Shown here: piece by piece, positions 37,557 through 51,562 of the stretch
Layout of the letters: each line of letters begins with the position of its first letter
Position numbering within the stretch: the first letter of the stretch is position 1
Assembly: GCF_018350175.1 (NCBI RefSeq)
Contig: NC_058368.1
Coordinates: 41,356,001-41,420,000, forward strand
Origin: Felis catus
Taxonomy: Eukaryota
Reading direction: 5' to 3'
Length of the DNA: 64,000 nt
Made by a program: the position numbers and the translations under genes
Notes under the pieces: generated by a model
What the model was told of the DNA's origin: nothing
Seen by the model: the letters and a program-made list of their open reading frames with translations, nothing else
Database searches by the model: none

Positions 37557-40500
37557 TGAGTAATAGAAAGATTTATCAGACTTGAACATCATCTTAAAAT
37601 GTATATATTCTAATACAGAAGTTAAGTCAATAAAAGCAATTCAACAGTTCGGCCCAATTCACCTCCAGAAGAGGTAAAAATCCTATAAATATTCAGAGAA
37701 ATAAAAGATATTCCCCACCTTCTGTCTTTTCCCCACTCCATTGAGGATAGTTAGGGCAGAGAAAAATACAAAGAAAATTTCAAGAATCAAGGATATCTCA
37801 GTGTTACAAGAGGCACTTTATCAGAGCTTTGAAACTCAGATAAAATTTGTATTTGCGAAGACAGAGATAAAAGATCTTTAGGTGGAGAATTCTGCATAAG
37901 GAACATAATAAACTTAGGGGCACATTATAGAAGGTCGTAACTGCTAGGCCAAGTTGTTTGGAACCTATGCAGTTCCAAATTGTTTGGACTTAGTTCAAAA
38001 TTCACATTTTGAATTCATCAAGAGCTAGGTTGAAAAATCTGTCAAATAGAGACACATTATGAGCAATATGTCAGGAGATTAGAACACGACTCTTGTTTCT
38101 TAAATACTGATTTTTTTTCTCCCCTTTTTAGAGTCTCCTTACTTTTACCTTTCTGCTTTGACATGTGATGTCTTTCATGCTGTTTTTTTTCTGTATTTTT
38201 TCTAATCTTTCTATCAGTGACAATACTCAACAATATTCAAAGATAGGTGATAAATTACTTGCGTGTAAGACAGTAAAGTTTTTTAATTTAATGAACAAAT
38301 GCATAACTCCTTTGCATTAAAAACCCGACATGAATTCTTATGCTAATGATGCTTATTTATTTGGTAGAGTTATAAACAAAAGATATTCAGAGATTGTATT
38401 TCTCTGAACAGTGAAAGTCCAAGCTGGCTTTTTTTTTTGTCTCCCCCCATAGAAACCAATTTTCTGACCTGTTGGAGGACACCCCACCTCTCTACTAATA
38501 AGTACAGAAGTGATGGGGTGGGGAGATTGGGAGTTGGAAGAGGGCTGACTTCTTCCTCAAAGCAACTGGACAGGTGGGCGCATTCTCGGGCTGATTCTTT
38601 TTACTTTTTCTCAGCATAATGCGACAGAAGTGCACAGCATGGGGGAGCTGGAAAATAGCAAAATATGAGCCAGGCAGCTGCTTCCCCATCCTGCAGGTTT
38701 AGAAGCCCATAAATTGGGGGCGGGGGGGGAGGAATCTAGTAACAAGTGATTTCTTGAGAAATTTAAGGTGCCACACAGAACTAAACCCTAATCTATAATC
38801 GTTACCTCAAGGGAAAGACGTAGTTTATACATTTTTAATGCATGGACTAGTTTAACATGAAGTTGAAAGTAATTGTGGCTGTACTACATACATTTTTTCA
38901 TTGCTCAAAGTAGGAGAAAAAAAATCGCAGATGTGTCCTTAAACCAACTATTAAAGGTACTATACCATTAAAATGATTTTGATTATTAAGAAAAGAAATA
39001 ACTTATTTTTTGCTGGATTTCTTCAAATGTGTGTTTAATTGTCTAGACTTATTTTTATCATAACAATCATATTATTATATATCATACTGAACACTAATGT
39101 CATTTTGAAGCAAACTTTTAAAATGGCCATTTTTAAAGGGCAACAAAATAGTTCCAAAAACACAAAGCAAAAAACCAGGGTTGTAAGCAACAAGGCAAAA
39201 CCATGGGGGGAGTGGGGGCTTTATAACATATGCTATTTCCAAGCAAATGTTTACCAACTGTCATTGGGAGAACAAAAAAGTTATGTTTGTTTTAAAGTAA
39301 AGCCTTTTTTAGAAAAAATTTTATGGTGGTGAATACATCGAAGCATAGTTTCGTGAGTTTTCAAAATGGGGACCCGTGATGAAAGATTTAGTAGCATGGA
39401 AAATCATCACTCTCCTTTGCATTGATGGAAGCTAACTCATGAAATCAGCGTGATTCAGGAAATAACTGAGTTGCTTTGTTCAGGTTTCATGAAAATACTG
39501 ACAGAAAAAACTAGTTGGAGAAAGAACAGAGGGAATGAAATGTCTTCTACTTTGCTTTCCTTATTCTTGTCCTTATCTAATGGGACCAGCCTAAGCATTT
39601 GCTGTGTCCTCCTACCAAATCTTGGATTGTCTGATATTAACATTCAGCTTGACCACCCAAGTGTATAAATCTTAGGCTAGATAAGCACTAGCTAATGCAG
39701 CTTCTTCGGCCTTCTATTGCTTACTCTGATTTATATCACTGAGTTCAAACATAATCTTTTACAGTCACTAATACTATGTCTGAATGGTTTGAAAATTTTT
39801 ATTCCTCCATTTCTGATTGTTCAGCCACTGACATTCTATAGAGAAGGTGACACATAGAGGTTTAAGCAGAGCATAAAAATGGAGGCATGTTATCTGAACA
39901 GTCACAGTGATCACAACAAATAAAACATACTGCAAAAATAGATAAAGTGTTTAGTCTAATAGCAGCTCAGATCCTAATTCCCCAATGACCTTCTCAGTCG
40001 GAAAGGATTACCTTTGGGAGTAAATACTCTGAGACAACACATTCTTACATTCAGTTGTTATTCAAAAATAACAAAAAAAAAATTTGACATTCCATTAAAT
40101 AATGGATTTGACTAAAACCTGGAGGCTTATTAGTAAGTCAACAGCATAAAAATTAGATTCCTTTAAACACTATGTTTTCCTATTCTTGTTGAATTTCCTG
40201 TTCTAAAACCATAAGAAGTAAAACATTGCAAACAGCTTCCGAACTTTGTTGAAATTCCTTCCACAATTAAAAAAAAAAAGGGAAATGCAATATACACAGT
40301 TACTACAAATTTATCAGAAATATTAAAATGTATTATCATACAGAGTTAAAAAGTTTCATTATATTTTTCAATTAATAATATTGCTCATTTAATGTCTGAT
40401 ATATTAAGGTTTTCTTATAAAGTATTTCAGTTCTTGACCAAGATTATTAGCAAAGTTGAAATGGCATGTCATGTTTTGTCAACTACAAAGACAGCTAACC

Positions 40501-40789
40501 TTCTCACACATGAAATTATGGCAACAATTATAAAAAACAGCAAGGCAAAACCAAAATAAAACACATAAGTTAGTGTTAAGAATAATTGGCTTGACAAGTC
40601 ATGATGAAAGAAAATTTATAAATTAAATGAAATTTATTACATGCGAAAAATAGCATATAATTGTTAATAGTTTACTAAAATGATCATAGAGGTAATGACA
40701 TAGTCCTATTGAAGCATTGCTCAAATATATATGAATGATGCCACTTCCCTAAGAACAGATGATTTTGTAAATCCTCGAGTATCGCTATA

Positions 40790-41003
40790 TTTTTTACTTA
40801 TTTTATTTTATTAATGTTTATTTTTGAGAGAGAGAGAGAGAGTGGGGCAGGGGCAGAGAGAGAGGGAGACATAGAATCCAAAGCAGGCGCCAGGCTCTGA
40901 GCCATCAGCACAGAGCCCAGTGCGGAACTCGAAACCACAAACAGTGAGATCTTGACCTGAGCTGAAGCTGGCCGCTTAACCAACTGAACCAACCAGGTGC
41001 CGC
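40790..41003 (-). mobile_element. Can-SINE
   Basis: T tail, GA tract, ccaggctctgagccatcagcacagagccc; degenerate TSD t(c/t)gagtat(c/t)gc. Confidence 0.95.
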
Positions 41004-43369
41004 ATTGAGTATTGCAGTCTTTGAGAGCATGGAAGTCTAGCTTAATGAGGAACTTTGTATAAAAAGAGGGATGGGGATAAAGAAAATAAAAACTTGCACA
41101 GAACATGTCTCTCTTTTTTTTTTTTTTTTTGCTATTTCTAAAACCAAAAGTAAATAGACAAACTATAAGCCTTCTAATAATTTTGACTCATATTTTGGCA
41201 TAATCAATGCATAGTAAGAACATCTGATGTTGGCCATTCACAAGTCTCATGAATGTGCAGTCCACAGAAGTTGAGAGAAAGAGAGAAAGAGAAGAAATAA
41301 TAAATGATGAGCATAGGAAATAAATCTGGAATTCATTTTAGCAGTTGACTGAAAGAAGACATGGCATTGGTGTGTGAAATTGACACCCTTTCCTTTTCTC
41401 TGCTGTATAAAAAAATTTCTCCACCCACAAAAAGTCTGGGGTCTTTTGAAGAATGAATATATTAAGAGTACTAACCAAACTCTTGCTATCATCTTAACTG
41501 GTTTATTCAGTATTCTATTTTCTTTTGCCAAAATTGAATAGAATATATCATGGTTCACGTTTAGCATCACAAAACTCTGATATCATGACAGTAACATTTA
41601 TTTTTACTATGTATAGCTCAAACATTAATTGCACTAGTCTGTTAGACTATTTATATATGGAATATGTGTAGCTTTTACCCAGGGGGTGTTGTAATGCTTC
41701 AGCATATTTATAGCAAGAAAATTTTCTGACACCAGAAGGTTATAGACTAATAGTTATGAGGAATGAAAACAACTCAACTAGTAATCAGGTACAGGGCCTC
41801 TAGGTAGTTAGATCATGCTCAGACATACTGGCATATGACTAACATGGACATAAATTCCCAAGGTTTCCTGAGTAACTGTCTCCTATAGGTGTAGATAATA
41901 AATTGCATGTCTGAATCAAATCCAGGACTGTGAAAACAGAGATACATTTGGTATATTTGTTACCTTCTTTTCCCCCATTTACTTTTACATACTTTTCTAA
42001 TAACATCCCATTTTTAAAATAAAAACACTCATATCATTCAAAAACATTAGTGTTCTTTTTTTGTTTGTCTTGTTTTTGGTTTTGGTAGAAATGTTTCATT
42101 AAACAGATTTTAGAGTGCATGCCAGGCTCAAAATAGGCACTTCAGTTTTATAGTCTTTCTACATTGGTTGTCAGAAATACCAGGAAGTTGACACACTTAG
42201 ACATCTATTAAATGAAACATTTCTGTGTTATAATATAGTTTTTCTTTCAGTCTTTATATCCATTGTAAATGAAACTAGGTAAGTCATCAATGAGAATAGA
42301 GAAGAACAAGATCTGAGTATCATTATAAGTATTTGCTTTTAGCCTCTTTTTTTTTTTTAAATTAAAAGGACAAAGCATATTAGACTAGAAGAGCAAAGTA
42401 TGTATTACTAAGATGACTTTCTACATTCAGAAACTGTAAAACAGAACAGAAAAATGTTTTGGGCAGCTGACAAAGGAGAGGCAAAAACCCCCATAAATTT
42501 ACAGTGATTCATAAGTTAACAGCATATCCAGAGAAGTAAACTTTGTTAATGCTGAGTTCTGTATGATGTGTTTTTAGCTGTATTTGTCCACTCTGTATCC
42601 TGGTATGCAGATAATAATTGTAAAGTAGAATCCTTTACAAAAGTCAAAATAATATCTGAAAATCTTCTAAAATATTTTGATGTCAAAAAAGCTTACCAAT
42701 AATGTTTGAACATTGTCTTAATTTTCTACAAATTCATTGACAACTAACTATAAATCATATTTAATGATTTCTGTTGTAAAGATCCATTACCCCTCCCCCC
42801 AAAAATCACTCAGAAACTGTATACTGGTGAAAGTATAGGCTATAATCTGATATAAATTAATTTTGAGTGAGTAAAAATATTCTTTATCCACTTGACCTTT
42901 TGTATCAAGAATCATATAAATATCCATATTATATGCTTTGTTTTTGCACTAATTTATTTCTTAAAAATAAATTTATAAAGTACTAAATCTTCTTCAAATG
43001 AGTTTTATGGAAATCCTTATTTCCTCCCAGAATATCCTCCAGAATGTTTCCTACTTACTTTGCAAAATAACTAGAAGGGCTATAGAAAGTCACTCTTTCC
43101 ATGTTTCCTACTTCTCTTTACAAGGGTATTCTGATTAAAAACTGTAAAATTCAGCAGGTAAGTTTATATTTTGCAAGAGGCATTTTGTTTTTGGAAGTTC
43201 AAGCAGAGACTGATTCCTGTATTGCGTAATTCCTTCATACTCCTTGAGTAATATTTTAAAACTTTTACTAGTAGATATAGCTCTAAACATAGGAGTTTTT
43301 TTTTAATTAATACCCTTAATAATATTGCAATACAAACTTACATTTAAGTAGAATCACCACAGTTTCTCT

Positions 43370-43488
43370 GAATATATATGTAGTATTTATATTTAAATAT
43401 AATATAAATATATTTAAATATAAATATTATAAATATAAATATTTATAAATATATTATATATAAATATACATTTATATATATATATTTA
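43370..43488. repeat. AT-rich low-complexity/(TA)n tract
   Basis: Direct reading. Confidence 0.85.
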
Positions 43489-43681
43489 GCAACAAAACAT
43501 GTTTCATTTTTTTATTACCTTGTTTGTGCCTTGTGATCTGTTAGGTTTGGTCTCATAGATACACACATAATCTTGATGTAAACATTTCTATATCTCAGCT
43601 GTTCTTCTTTGATAAAACAGGCAGCTTAGAGAAGAAAAATACCAGAGGACAAGACTCCCCAATAGTTTTCGTCTAGTGTAA

Positions 43682-43857
43682 TACTCTTCAAACTATAGTC
43701 TAGGCATCAGTATCACCTGAGAGTAAGAAATCCAGATTAATGGCAGGCCTCCAAACCTACTAGATGAAAATCATTGAGAGTTGAACTCAGGAACCTGCAG
43801 TTTAAAATGATCCCCCCTAGTGATTTATGTGCACTTTAATGTGTGAGAAGTATCGAT
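43682..43857. mobile_element. MER5-like hAT-Charlie DNA transposon relic
   Basis: gcatcagtatcacctgagag...agaaatccagatt...caggaacctgcagttt...tagtgatttatgtgcact...tgagaag. Confidence 0.7.
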
Positions 43858-44079
43858 CTAATAGACTTGTAGTAAATTTTAAATTAAATTATAAAATAAT
43901 TTCCCATAGTGTTGTATAATAAAAATATTTTATAATCTTCATTTGTCCCAATATGTATATCATAATATACAATAAATAGATACATAATACATAGGAAATA
44001 CTGTATTTATGTTATATATAGCATATATAATGCAAACGGTAAAAATATAACATTTTATTCATAAGAATTTAAATTTCCA

Positions 44080-44301
44080 GGGGCGCCTGGGTGGCGCAGT
44101 CAGTTAAGCGTCCGACTTCAGCCAGGTCACGATCTCACGGTCCGTGAGTTCGAGCCCCGCGTCAGGCTCTGGGCTGATGACTCAGAGCCTGGAGCCTGTT
44201 TCTGATTCTGTGTCTCCCTCTCTCTCTGCCCCTCCCCCGTTCATGCTCTGTCTCTCTCTGTCCCAAAAATAAATAAACGTTGAAAAAAAATTAAAAAAAA
44301 A
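44080..44301 (+). mobile_element. Young SINEC_Fc-like Can-SINE
   Basis: Near-consensus; TSD aagaatttaaatttc at 44063-44077 and 44302-44316. Confidence 0.98.
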
Positions 44302-44739
44302 AAGAATTTAAATTTCTGAAGTCCTAGGAGAGTAAGAGATCAGTTGTTTAAATCTGTTAATCTAAACCTTATAACTCTAAGTTTCCCAATTGCTCTTCAA
44401 GTAAATGATGAATAGTATTTTAGGTAACTTTCAAAGGAAAAATTCAAATAAATCTTGTTCAAGTAGTAAAGTAGGTAAGCAATGGTTTGTTACATTACAT
44501 GCCATTTAGCTAAGCTGAAAGTAAGAAAGCAAGTGGTTTTTTCTCATAACAAATCTAATTTATATTAGCTGATAGGTGACATGAACACAGGCTATATCCC
44601 ATATTTACTAGGATTCAAAAGTTAAATAATAACAAGCGTTAATGGATAGTAAATATCTTATTTCAGAGCTAAATATTCATTAAAATTTTTTAGTCCATGA
44701 AATTCCTTACCTTTAGTTTTTTGAAAGAAAAACATTTCC

Positions 44740-44858
44740 CAGATTGTAAATTCCATAAGAATAAGGATCAGGTTATTCATGTTCTTAATACTAGTCCCAA
44801 CACTAAACATACAGCCTGACGTGTTGAAGGTTCCAAATAGGTATCGACTATATGACTG
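44740..44858 (+). mobile_element. L2 3' terminal fragment
   Basis: cagattgtaaattccataagaataagga...acagcctgacgtgttgaaggttccaaata. Confidence 0.6.
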
Positions 44859-47112
44859 TATACAAATTTGTGTCTGTTTGGAATTACATGTTTCAAGAGT
44901 GTCTTATATGCTTGAAAAATGTTTTTGCAAAACAGTAGTTGTTTAATAAATATCTCAACTTGAATTGGGTCTGATTTATGTTACCATATTTTAGAGAAAA
45001 TGAATCAATAGTAAAATTTGTCAATAGGTGGTCTAGTACTTACAAAACACTCACAGTTTCATCCATTAAATACTTATAGCATATATTATTTTTAAGGGAT
45101 AAACAATATCGCATGTAGTAATTTTCAGTTATGATTATTACAGAAACCTGTATTTCCGCCTTTGTGACAATTCATGTGCAACACATATATCTAGATGGAA
45201 TGCATGGACACACACTTTCATTCTAATTGCTTTTCCAAATGCAAAAGAGTCCCATGAAATAAATCAGACTCAAGTAAGAGTAAATTGCTTTTTTATGATA
45301 AATTTTTTTTGAGAACTGCATTCATGTATGAGATTTGAAATGACATTGTCTGAAAATACACTCGATTTAGTTAATAGATTGTGGTTTATCGAATTACTGA
45401 CTTATGAATGATATAGTTTGAGAACACTACTTAAAATTAAATAAAATTCAATATATGACTTAAGAGACAATTCCAAAATAGAATCACCTTTAAGTTAGTT
45501 TGCTGTATTTTCTGCTTATAGAACAAATACATAAAGAAACTAGAGCAGAAAATCAGTCACGTTAAATTTACTACCATCAGAAAAACCAAGGTAAGCTAAA
45601 AAAGCACCTTTAGCTTTCATATGCAGGTAAGTTTCACAGGATAATAGAGGCAAGTAGAAATTATTGCTAGTTCTAGTAAAATCTTCTGCTCAAAATGGAG
45701 CTTAAAGATAGTTGAAACATCTTAAATATAGTTATTTACATATATATATTTATTTTCCCATGCTAAAAAAATAAATAAAATAAGCTACCTGGCAGAGTTA
45801 GTATCTCTCCTTTTGAAACGAATTATTATTGTCTACATTATATGACATTAAAATGTTAATGATTCTTGCAATTTATGTTAAAAAAACATAGCATGGTTCA
45901 GTAGTCTTTCAATTCCCTGTTTCCTGCACTTTACATATTAGTAAGTACAAATACAGATTTCATAAGCCATACTGTTTCATTTTATTAATGATTCCCATCT
46001 TGCCATGTAGACAATTAATGTTTAACTACAGATTGTTGTTGTTGTTGTTTTAAAAGAAAATCACAATAAACTCTGGGGGTAGGACACTATAACTGTCAAG
46101 AAGCAAATGTCTATGATAGCACAGCTGGAAACTTTTGAAAATATTGGTATGGGGAACACCAAAGCAGTCTGACCCTGGTGAAAAAAGCTTGTTATGTAGG
46201 CCTTTTCTAACATAAAAGTCTCCCTAATAAAGCTATTTAAAGCTGTGAAATATGTATTATTGTACATCTCATCTATGGTGGATAAAATTATCCAAGACCT
46301 AGTTCCTCTGCTAGAACTCCTGAGGAGAGAATGTAGTATGGTTTCCATAAGAAGAGCTCCTATACACAGAAATATGTGAGATGGGGGTTGAAATCCCTTA
46401 TGGTTCTCAGCCCTCATAAACTAGCCATAAAATAATTTATTAAGATTAATTATCAGCCTCTAATGTCAAGTTTAAAAACATCTGGTTTATATAAACATGT
46501 TCTTTAAAATACTCATGCAGTAAAGAGATTAGCATAGACAAGAAATTTGCTCTACTGAATGAGAATTAGTGTGCATAAATTTAATCCAAGGTTAAGGAGT
46601 TGTAAGATGGAATGTTCTTGAAAATGAAATGGTAGTCTCTCAAGTTATCTGGAACAGTCTTCCAATGAACCTGAGTCAGCTTTTCAGAAAGGAAGAAATA
46701 CACCAAGGTAAAGGTCCAGTGAAAGAGTTGAATCTCCTGTAAAAACATGATTTACACAGGGCCAATGTTGGTATTCACCCTTGGCTAAATAAGGTCACAT
46801 CCTCTACTTGTCTGGAGGAACCATTGGAGCAGTGAAGGGCCTAGATCATGCCAACAGATTATGTGGAAAGAGAAGACACAATAATACAATAATAGAAAAG
46901 ACTATGGCGCCAGATATAGAAGCTTACTGTCTGGGAAACTTGCAGTGAACCTCTCTGGGGAAAATGAAAATAGAGCCACTGGGTAGAAAAACATCATAGA
47001 ATTTTAAGAGAACTTTGGAAATATTGCACGATATTGAATACCTTTTAAAAAGGAAGAGTTCGGGAACACTACTTCCTTGCATTTCGCAACAATCTAGGAA
47101 GAGTAAGAGGTG

Positions 47113-47300
47113 ATATAGTATGAACACATTCTCTGCACTAGAATCAGACAGTACTGCCTTCCTTGTGTGTACTTACTCCTTGTGTGATCCCTGAAACCTA
47201 CCTTTCAGTCCTTTCCTTGCAAAATGTGAGTAATAAAAGCTATCTGAGAACATTTTTGTAATGATTAAATGTGGCAATAAAAGCGCAAAATATTCAGTTA
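47113..47300 (+). mobile_element. MIR (diverged)
   Basis: ctagaatcagacag...tgtgtgatccctg...tttgtaatgattaaatg. Confidence 0.55.
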
Positions 47301-47863
47301 TTGCCACTGCTGTAAATATCACTGCTGTCATTTCTTTCAGTAAAATGAGAGGTAAAACAATTGGTGCTCCCAAGTTCTATACAAGAACATAACATTTCAG
47401 AGCCATCCAGACTGTTGGAACGCCACCAGTTTTCCCCAATGTCTGTTCAGTAACGTGCACTTTAAGGCATTTCCTCTCACCATCATAATATTTATCTTAA
47501 GTTTTCAGGCTGGTAAAAATATTAACTAGGTACATGTACATTTTCTAGGAAAATTCATGTAACTATTTCACAAAATTCTTGATTGCTTAATCCTCTAAAC
47601 TAATTCACAGTTTAAGCAAAAGACAGTAAATGTGGATGAAATTACCATATTTCTTGATTTTGCTCACAAATTCCTTAAGGATCATTTACAAGTAACCTGG
47701 ATTAAGAAATGAGAATCTGTGGGAGCCAGAGCTGACAAACCTAGAATGAGATATGTAGGGGTGTGAAATAGACCTTATCTTTGACTTTCAAAATCACACT
47801 GTTTAGTCTTACTTTTCCATATATCCCACTGCATTTTTTCCACACAAACTTGATTCCAAGGAA

Positions 47864-47917
47864 TTTTTTAAAGTTTTTATTTATTTTGAGAGAATGAGAG
47901 AGAAAGCACACAGGAGG

Positions 47918-47967
<50 letters not shown>

Positions 47968-48092
47968 CCCAAGCAGGCTCCTCACTGTCAGCACAAAGCC
48001 TGATGCTGGACTCAAACTCACAAACCCTGAGACTGTGACTTGAGCAGAAATCAAGAGTCAGACGTTTAACCGACTGAGCCACCCAGGAGCCC
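47864..48092 (-). mobile_element. Can-SINE with expanded (GA)n
   Basis: agaatcccaagcaggctcc...aatcaagagtcagacgtttaaccgactgagccacccagg; TSD caaggaa(t/g)ttt. Confidence 0.96.
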
Positions 48093-48349
48093 ACAAGGAA
48101 GTTTATATAATGCATTTAGACAAAAATGAAAATGACTGATAACAGCCTCAAGTCTTTAAGTATTACCTTTGCTAAAAATACTGAAAAACCCTATTTTAAT
48201 TTACCTTAATGCTTTAAAGCCATAGTATATAGCCACAATGAAGTAATGGGTTTAGAAGTGGTAAACAGATGGGGAACGCAAGGGGTTATACGCTAATGTG
48301 TCTTTTGGCCTGTTTTCTATCTAATCGGATCTGGGCGGAAGATCTCCTT

Positions 48350-48523
48350 TACACCACACCTTGTGAGGTAGAACTTCCATTACAGCAAAACCTGAGGAAA
48401 TCCAGGCCGCAAGTGAAGGTATATGTCAAAAGTAACTTGGCTCGTAAGTGGCTGAGACAGTATCTCAACTGAAGTGTACCAGACCTCAGAGCTGATGCTC
48501 TTTTTCCACTATTCATGATGCCT
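48350..48523 (-). mobile_element. MIR (diverged)
   Basis: ccttgtgaggtag...tgaggaaat...gtaagtggctgagacag...cagagctgatgctctttttccacta...tgcctc. Confidence 0.6.
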
Positions 48524-48699
48524 CTATGTTCAAAGAGCAAGGATGGTTATGTTTTCACAACCCTGAGGGGGCAATATATTATTTAAAAAAAAAGTTTCAC
48601 GTGTTTCAAGAATATATTTACTGGCAAAGTTCATTCTTGTGATCTAAGCTTTAAATCTCCAGAAAATACACACGTGCAGCATGAGTAATGTTTCTTTTT

Positions 48700-49075
48700 T
48701 GCCTTTGAGTCATATTCCCAAAGTCTGAAGTGCTCTTGCCCTTCCTCCTGGCCTCCTTTTCATCCATGAATATTCCTATTCATCTTTCAAAGTGGGGTCT
48801 AATATTACCTCTTCTACAAAGCCTTCCATATTCAACCCCTAGCTCTTCTCAACCCATGAGAAACATTGAGTACTTCCTCTGTGGTTCCAGCAAACAGAAC
48901 ATTGTTGCATGAGAGCATTCCTTGATGCACTGTACTCATTTGTTGACACATCCGTCTCCCCCTACTAGGCTGTGACCTTTACAAGGGCAAGTCATTGGTT
49001 TATTCATGTCTCTTTGTCTTTAGTGACTAGCAACGTGAACAATATCTAAGTGCCTAATAAATGCCTGATGGTGAC
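48700..49075 (+). mobile_element. L2 3' region
   Basis: cctattcatctttcaaag...acctcttctacaaagccttcc...tctccccctactaggctgtga...aagtgcctaataaatg. Confidence 0.72.
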
Positions 49076-50360
49076 TGCATGGATTTCTCTTGTTACTTGT
49101 TCTGCTTACATAAGAGAAAATACTTAACTAATTCACTTGCTCAGAGATGGAAGCCAAAAACGAATTTGAACTTAGCGGTGTTTCTTTTTTTCTTGCTTCC
49201 CCACAATTGGGATGTACCTAAGGGAAATTTTCAACGGAATCTGAGTAAAAATAATTTCAGTTCTGAGTAATCACTTCCTGGAAATGGATCCTTTGTGCTC
49301 TTTTTCCCCCTAGTATTTCTAAAAGGAATGGAGAGTAACAACTTATTAAGAATATCTAATTACTTTTATTTTCAGACACTGAGAATGCTTGGATACCATA
49401 TAGATAGTTTCATTATCTTCTTTGTGGAGGCACGCTGAATGTGAATTGTATCTGAGTCAGTCTATCCTTCCAGGAACGGAATTAGTTTTCCTCACACTCT
49501 CGGGGAAGGCGATGCATAACACAGGTTACATGTCAGAAGTGCTCCCCAGAGATGACGTTTTTGATTCAGCATCCTACTGTTTCAAAATACAGCTATGTAA
49601 CTATAATAGTCATTGGACCTATGTGCTGGGAGCAGTTACTGCCTTAAAAAGAATCAGATTAAATAAAATGTCTTTTATTAGAGGTCAAAATCAGCCGCAG
49701 GCATTCATTCTTACAACATAAATAATCTTATTTCAGATTTTATGTATTAGATTTATTAAATTGGATCCTTCCTGATAAAACTGCCTCACAGTAAGTACAA
49801 AGGATAAAAATATATAAATAAATAAACTTCCCTGGGCCTTTCCTATTATTCAAAGATGATGTTACTGTCAGTGATTGCTATTTGTGTGTGTGGGTGAAGC
49901 AGAAAAGACCAATCTGTAACCTCCAGTCCCTTCCACACGGTGCACACATGGAGATTGCTCTTTGATTTGCAGCTGTTATTTGCAGACCTTGTCATTGTGT
50001 GCAACTCTGCTTCTGTGGCTCACCTTAGGCCCAGATCCTCTTGCTCTAAAATCTCTGCAGTCCCTGATTGCAACACGGGGGTTTGCTCTGTCTGCAGTTC
50101 TCTCAAAGTTGACTTTCATGACAAAGTACTGGAAACTCTTTTTAGTGCACATTTGTGTGCTGACTTCTTGTACCTCCCTTCACTCCGCCATCCTACAGTT
50201 GTTGCAACAGGCTGCTCTCAGTAGTCTTTATACTTAGCTCTAGTATTTTTTTTTTCCTTTCAAGGGACAGTCTTTCCATTTTGGTGTCCTTATCACTTGG
50301 TTACGAGAAAAATTATTTCTGCTTTGATGTCAAAAACAAGACATTGTCCTAGCTTGACTT

Positions 50361-50591
50361 TTTCATTTTATTTATTTATTTTTAATTTTTTAAATGTTTT
50401 ATTTATTTTTGAATGAGAGAGAGAGACAGAGAGTGAGCAGGAGTGAGAGAGAGGGAGACACAGAATCTGAAGCAGGCTCCAGGCTCCAAGCTGTCAGCAC
50501 AGAGCCTCCGTGGAGCTTGAATTCACAAACTGTGAGATCATGACCTGAGCCAAAGTTGGTCGCTTAATGGATTAGGCCACCCAGTCACCCC
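50361..50591 (-). mobile_element. Can-SINE
   Basis: T tail, cagaatctgaagcaggctccaggct; TSD ttgact(t/c)ttt. Confidence 0.95.
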
Positions 50592-50927
50592 TTGACTCTT
50601 TTTTTAAAACCATGAATCATCAGGGTACTCTGATGAAGTAGATGAAAAAGGATAGGCATAATATGAGTTGTATACCCAGGTCCTACTTATTTAGTAGGCA
50701 TTAATAGGGATTCTGCTATTTGTAAGGCATTCTGACAAATTCTGAAGCTATGAAAAACCACAAGGTATAGGCCCTTTTGTGTATTTATCAACATAATAGT
50801 GGGGAAGACAAATGTATAATAACAAATGAAGACAATGCTGTACATATTATAAGAGTAGAGAGTATAATCTAACATGGTAGAATCCCAAAGGTTTTCGAAA
50901 GGGGAGTTAAAAGTTGAAACACAATGA

Positions 50928-51135
50928 GGGGCTCCGGGGTGGCTCAGTCAGTTAAGATCCAACCCTTGATTTTGGCTCAGGTCATGGTCTCATGGTTCAT
51001 GGGATCAAACTCCATGTCGGGCTCTGTGTTGACACTGTGAAGGCTTCTTGGGATTTTCTCTCTCCCTCTCTCTCAGCTCTGCTCTGTATCTCTCTCTCTC
51101 TCAAAAATAAATAAATAAACATTTTTATTAAAAAA
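50928..51135 (+). mobile_element. Can-SINE
   Basis: ggggctccggggtggctcagtcagttaag head; degenerate TSD aaaagttga(a/c)a(c/t)a(c/t)aatga. Confidence 0.93.
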
Positions 51136-51295
51136 GTTGACATATAATGATATATTAGTTTCACATGTACAACAGTGATTTGACAGTTGTTTACATTACT
51201 CAGTGCTTACCATGATAAGTGTAGTTGCCCACTGTCACTATAAAAGGTTATTACAGTATTATTGACTACATTCCCTATGTTGTACATTTCATCTC
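51136..51295 (-). mobile_element. L1 3' UTR fragment (L1MA/carnivore-type)
   Basis: tatattagtttcacatgtacaaca...taagtgtagttgcccactgtcac...ttattgactacattccctatgttgtac. Confidence 0.75.
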
Positions 51296-51303
51296 TCTCT
51301 CTA

Positions 51304-51499
51304 TTTTTTTAAGTTTATTTATTTATTTTGAGAGAGAGTGCCAGTGGAGGAGGGACAGAGAGGGAGGGAGAGAATCCTAAGCAGGCTCAGCACTGTCAGC
51401 ACAGACCCTGACACAGGGCTGGATCTCAGGACTATGAGATCCCGACGTGTGCCGATACCGAGTCTGATGCTTTAACTGACTGAGCCCCCCGGGCGCCCC
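51304..51499 (-). mobile_element. Can-SINE
   Basis: tttatttattttgagagagag...agaatcctaagcaggctc...gggcgcccc. Confidence 0.94.
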
Positions 51500-51562
51500 T
51501 TTCTCTCTGTACTGTTTATTAACTATACTTCAATAATAAAGGGTAGTTAAAGGATACCAACA

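Noticed and set aside
49422..50237. Cluster of 90-99 aa plus-strand ORFs in unique sequence
   Set aside because: Non-ATG starts, overlapping frames, no recognisable homology
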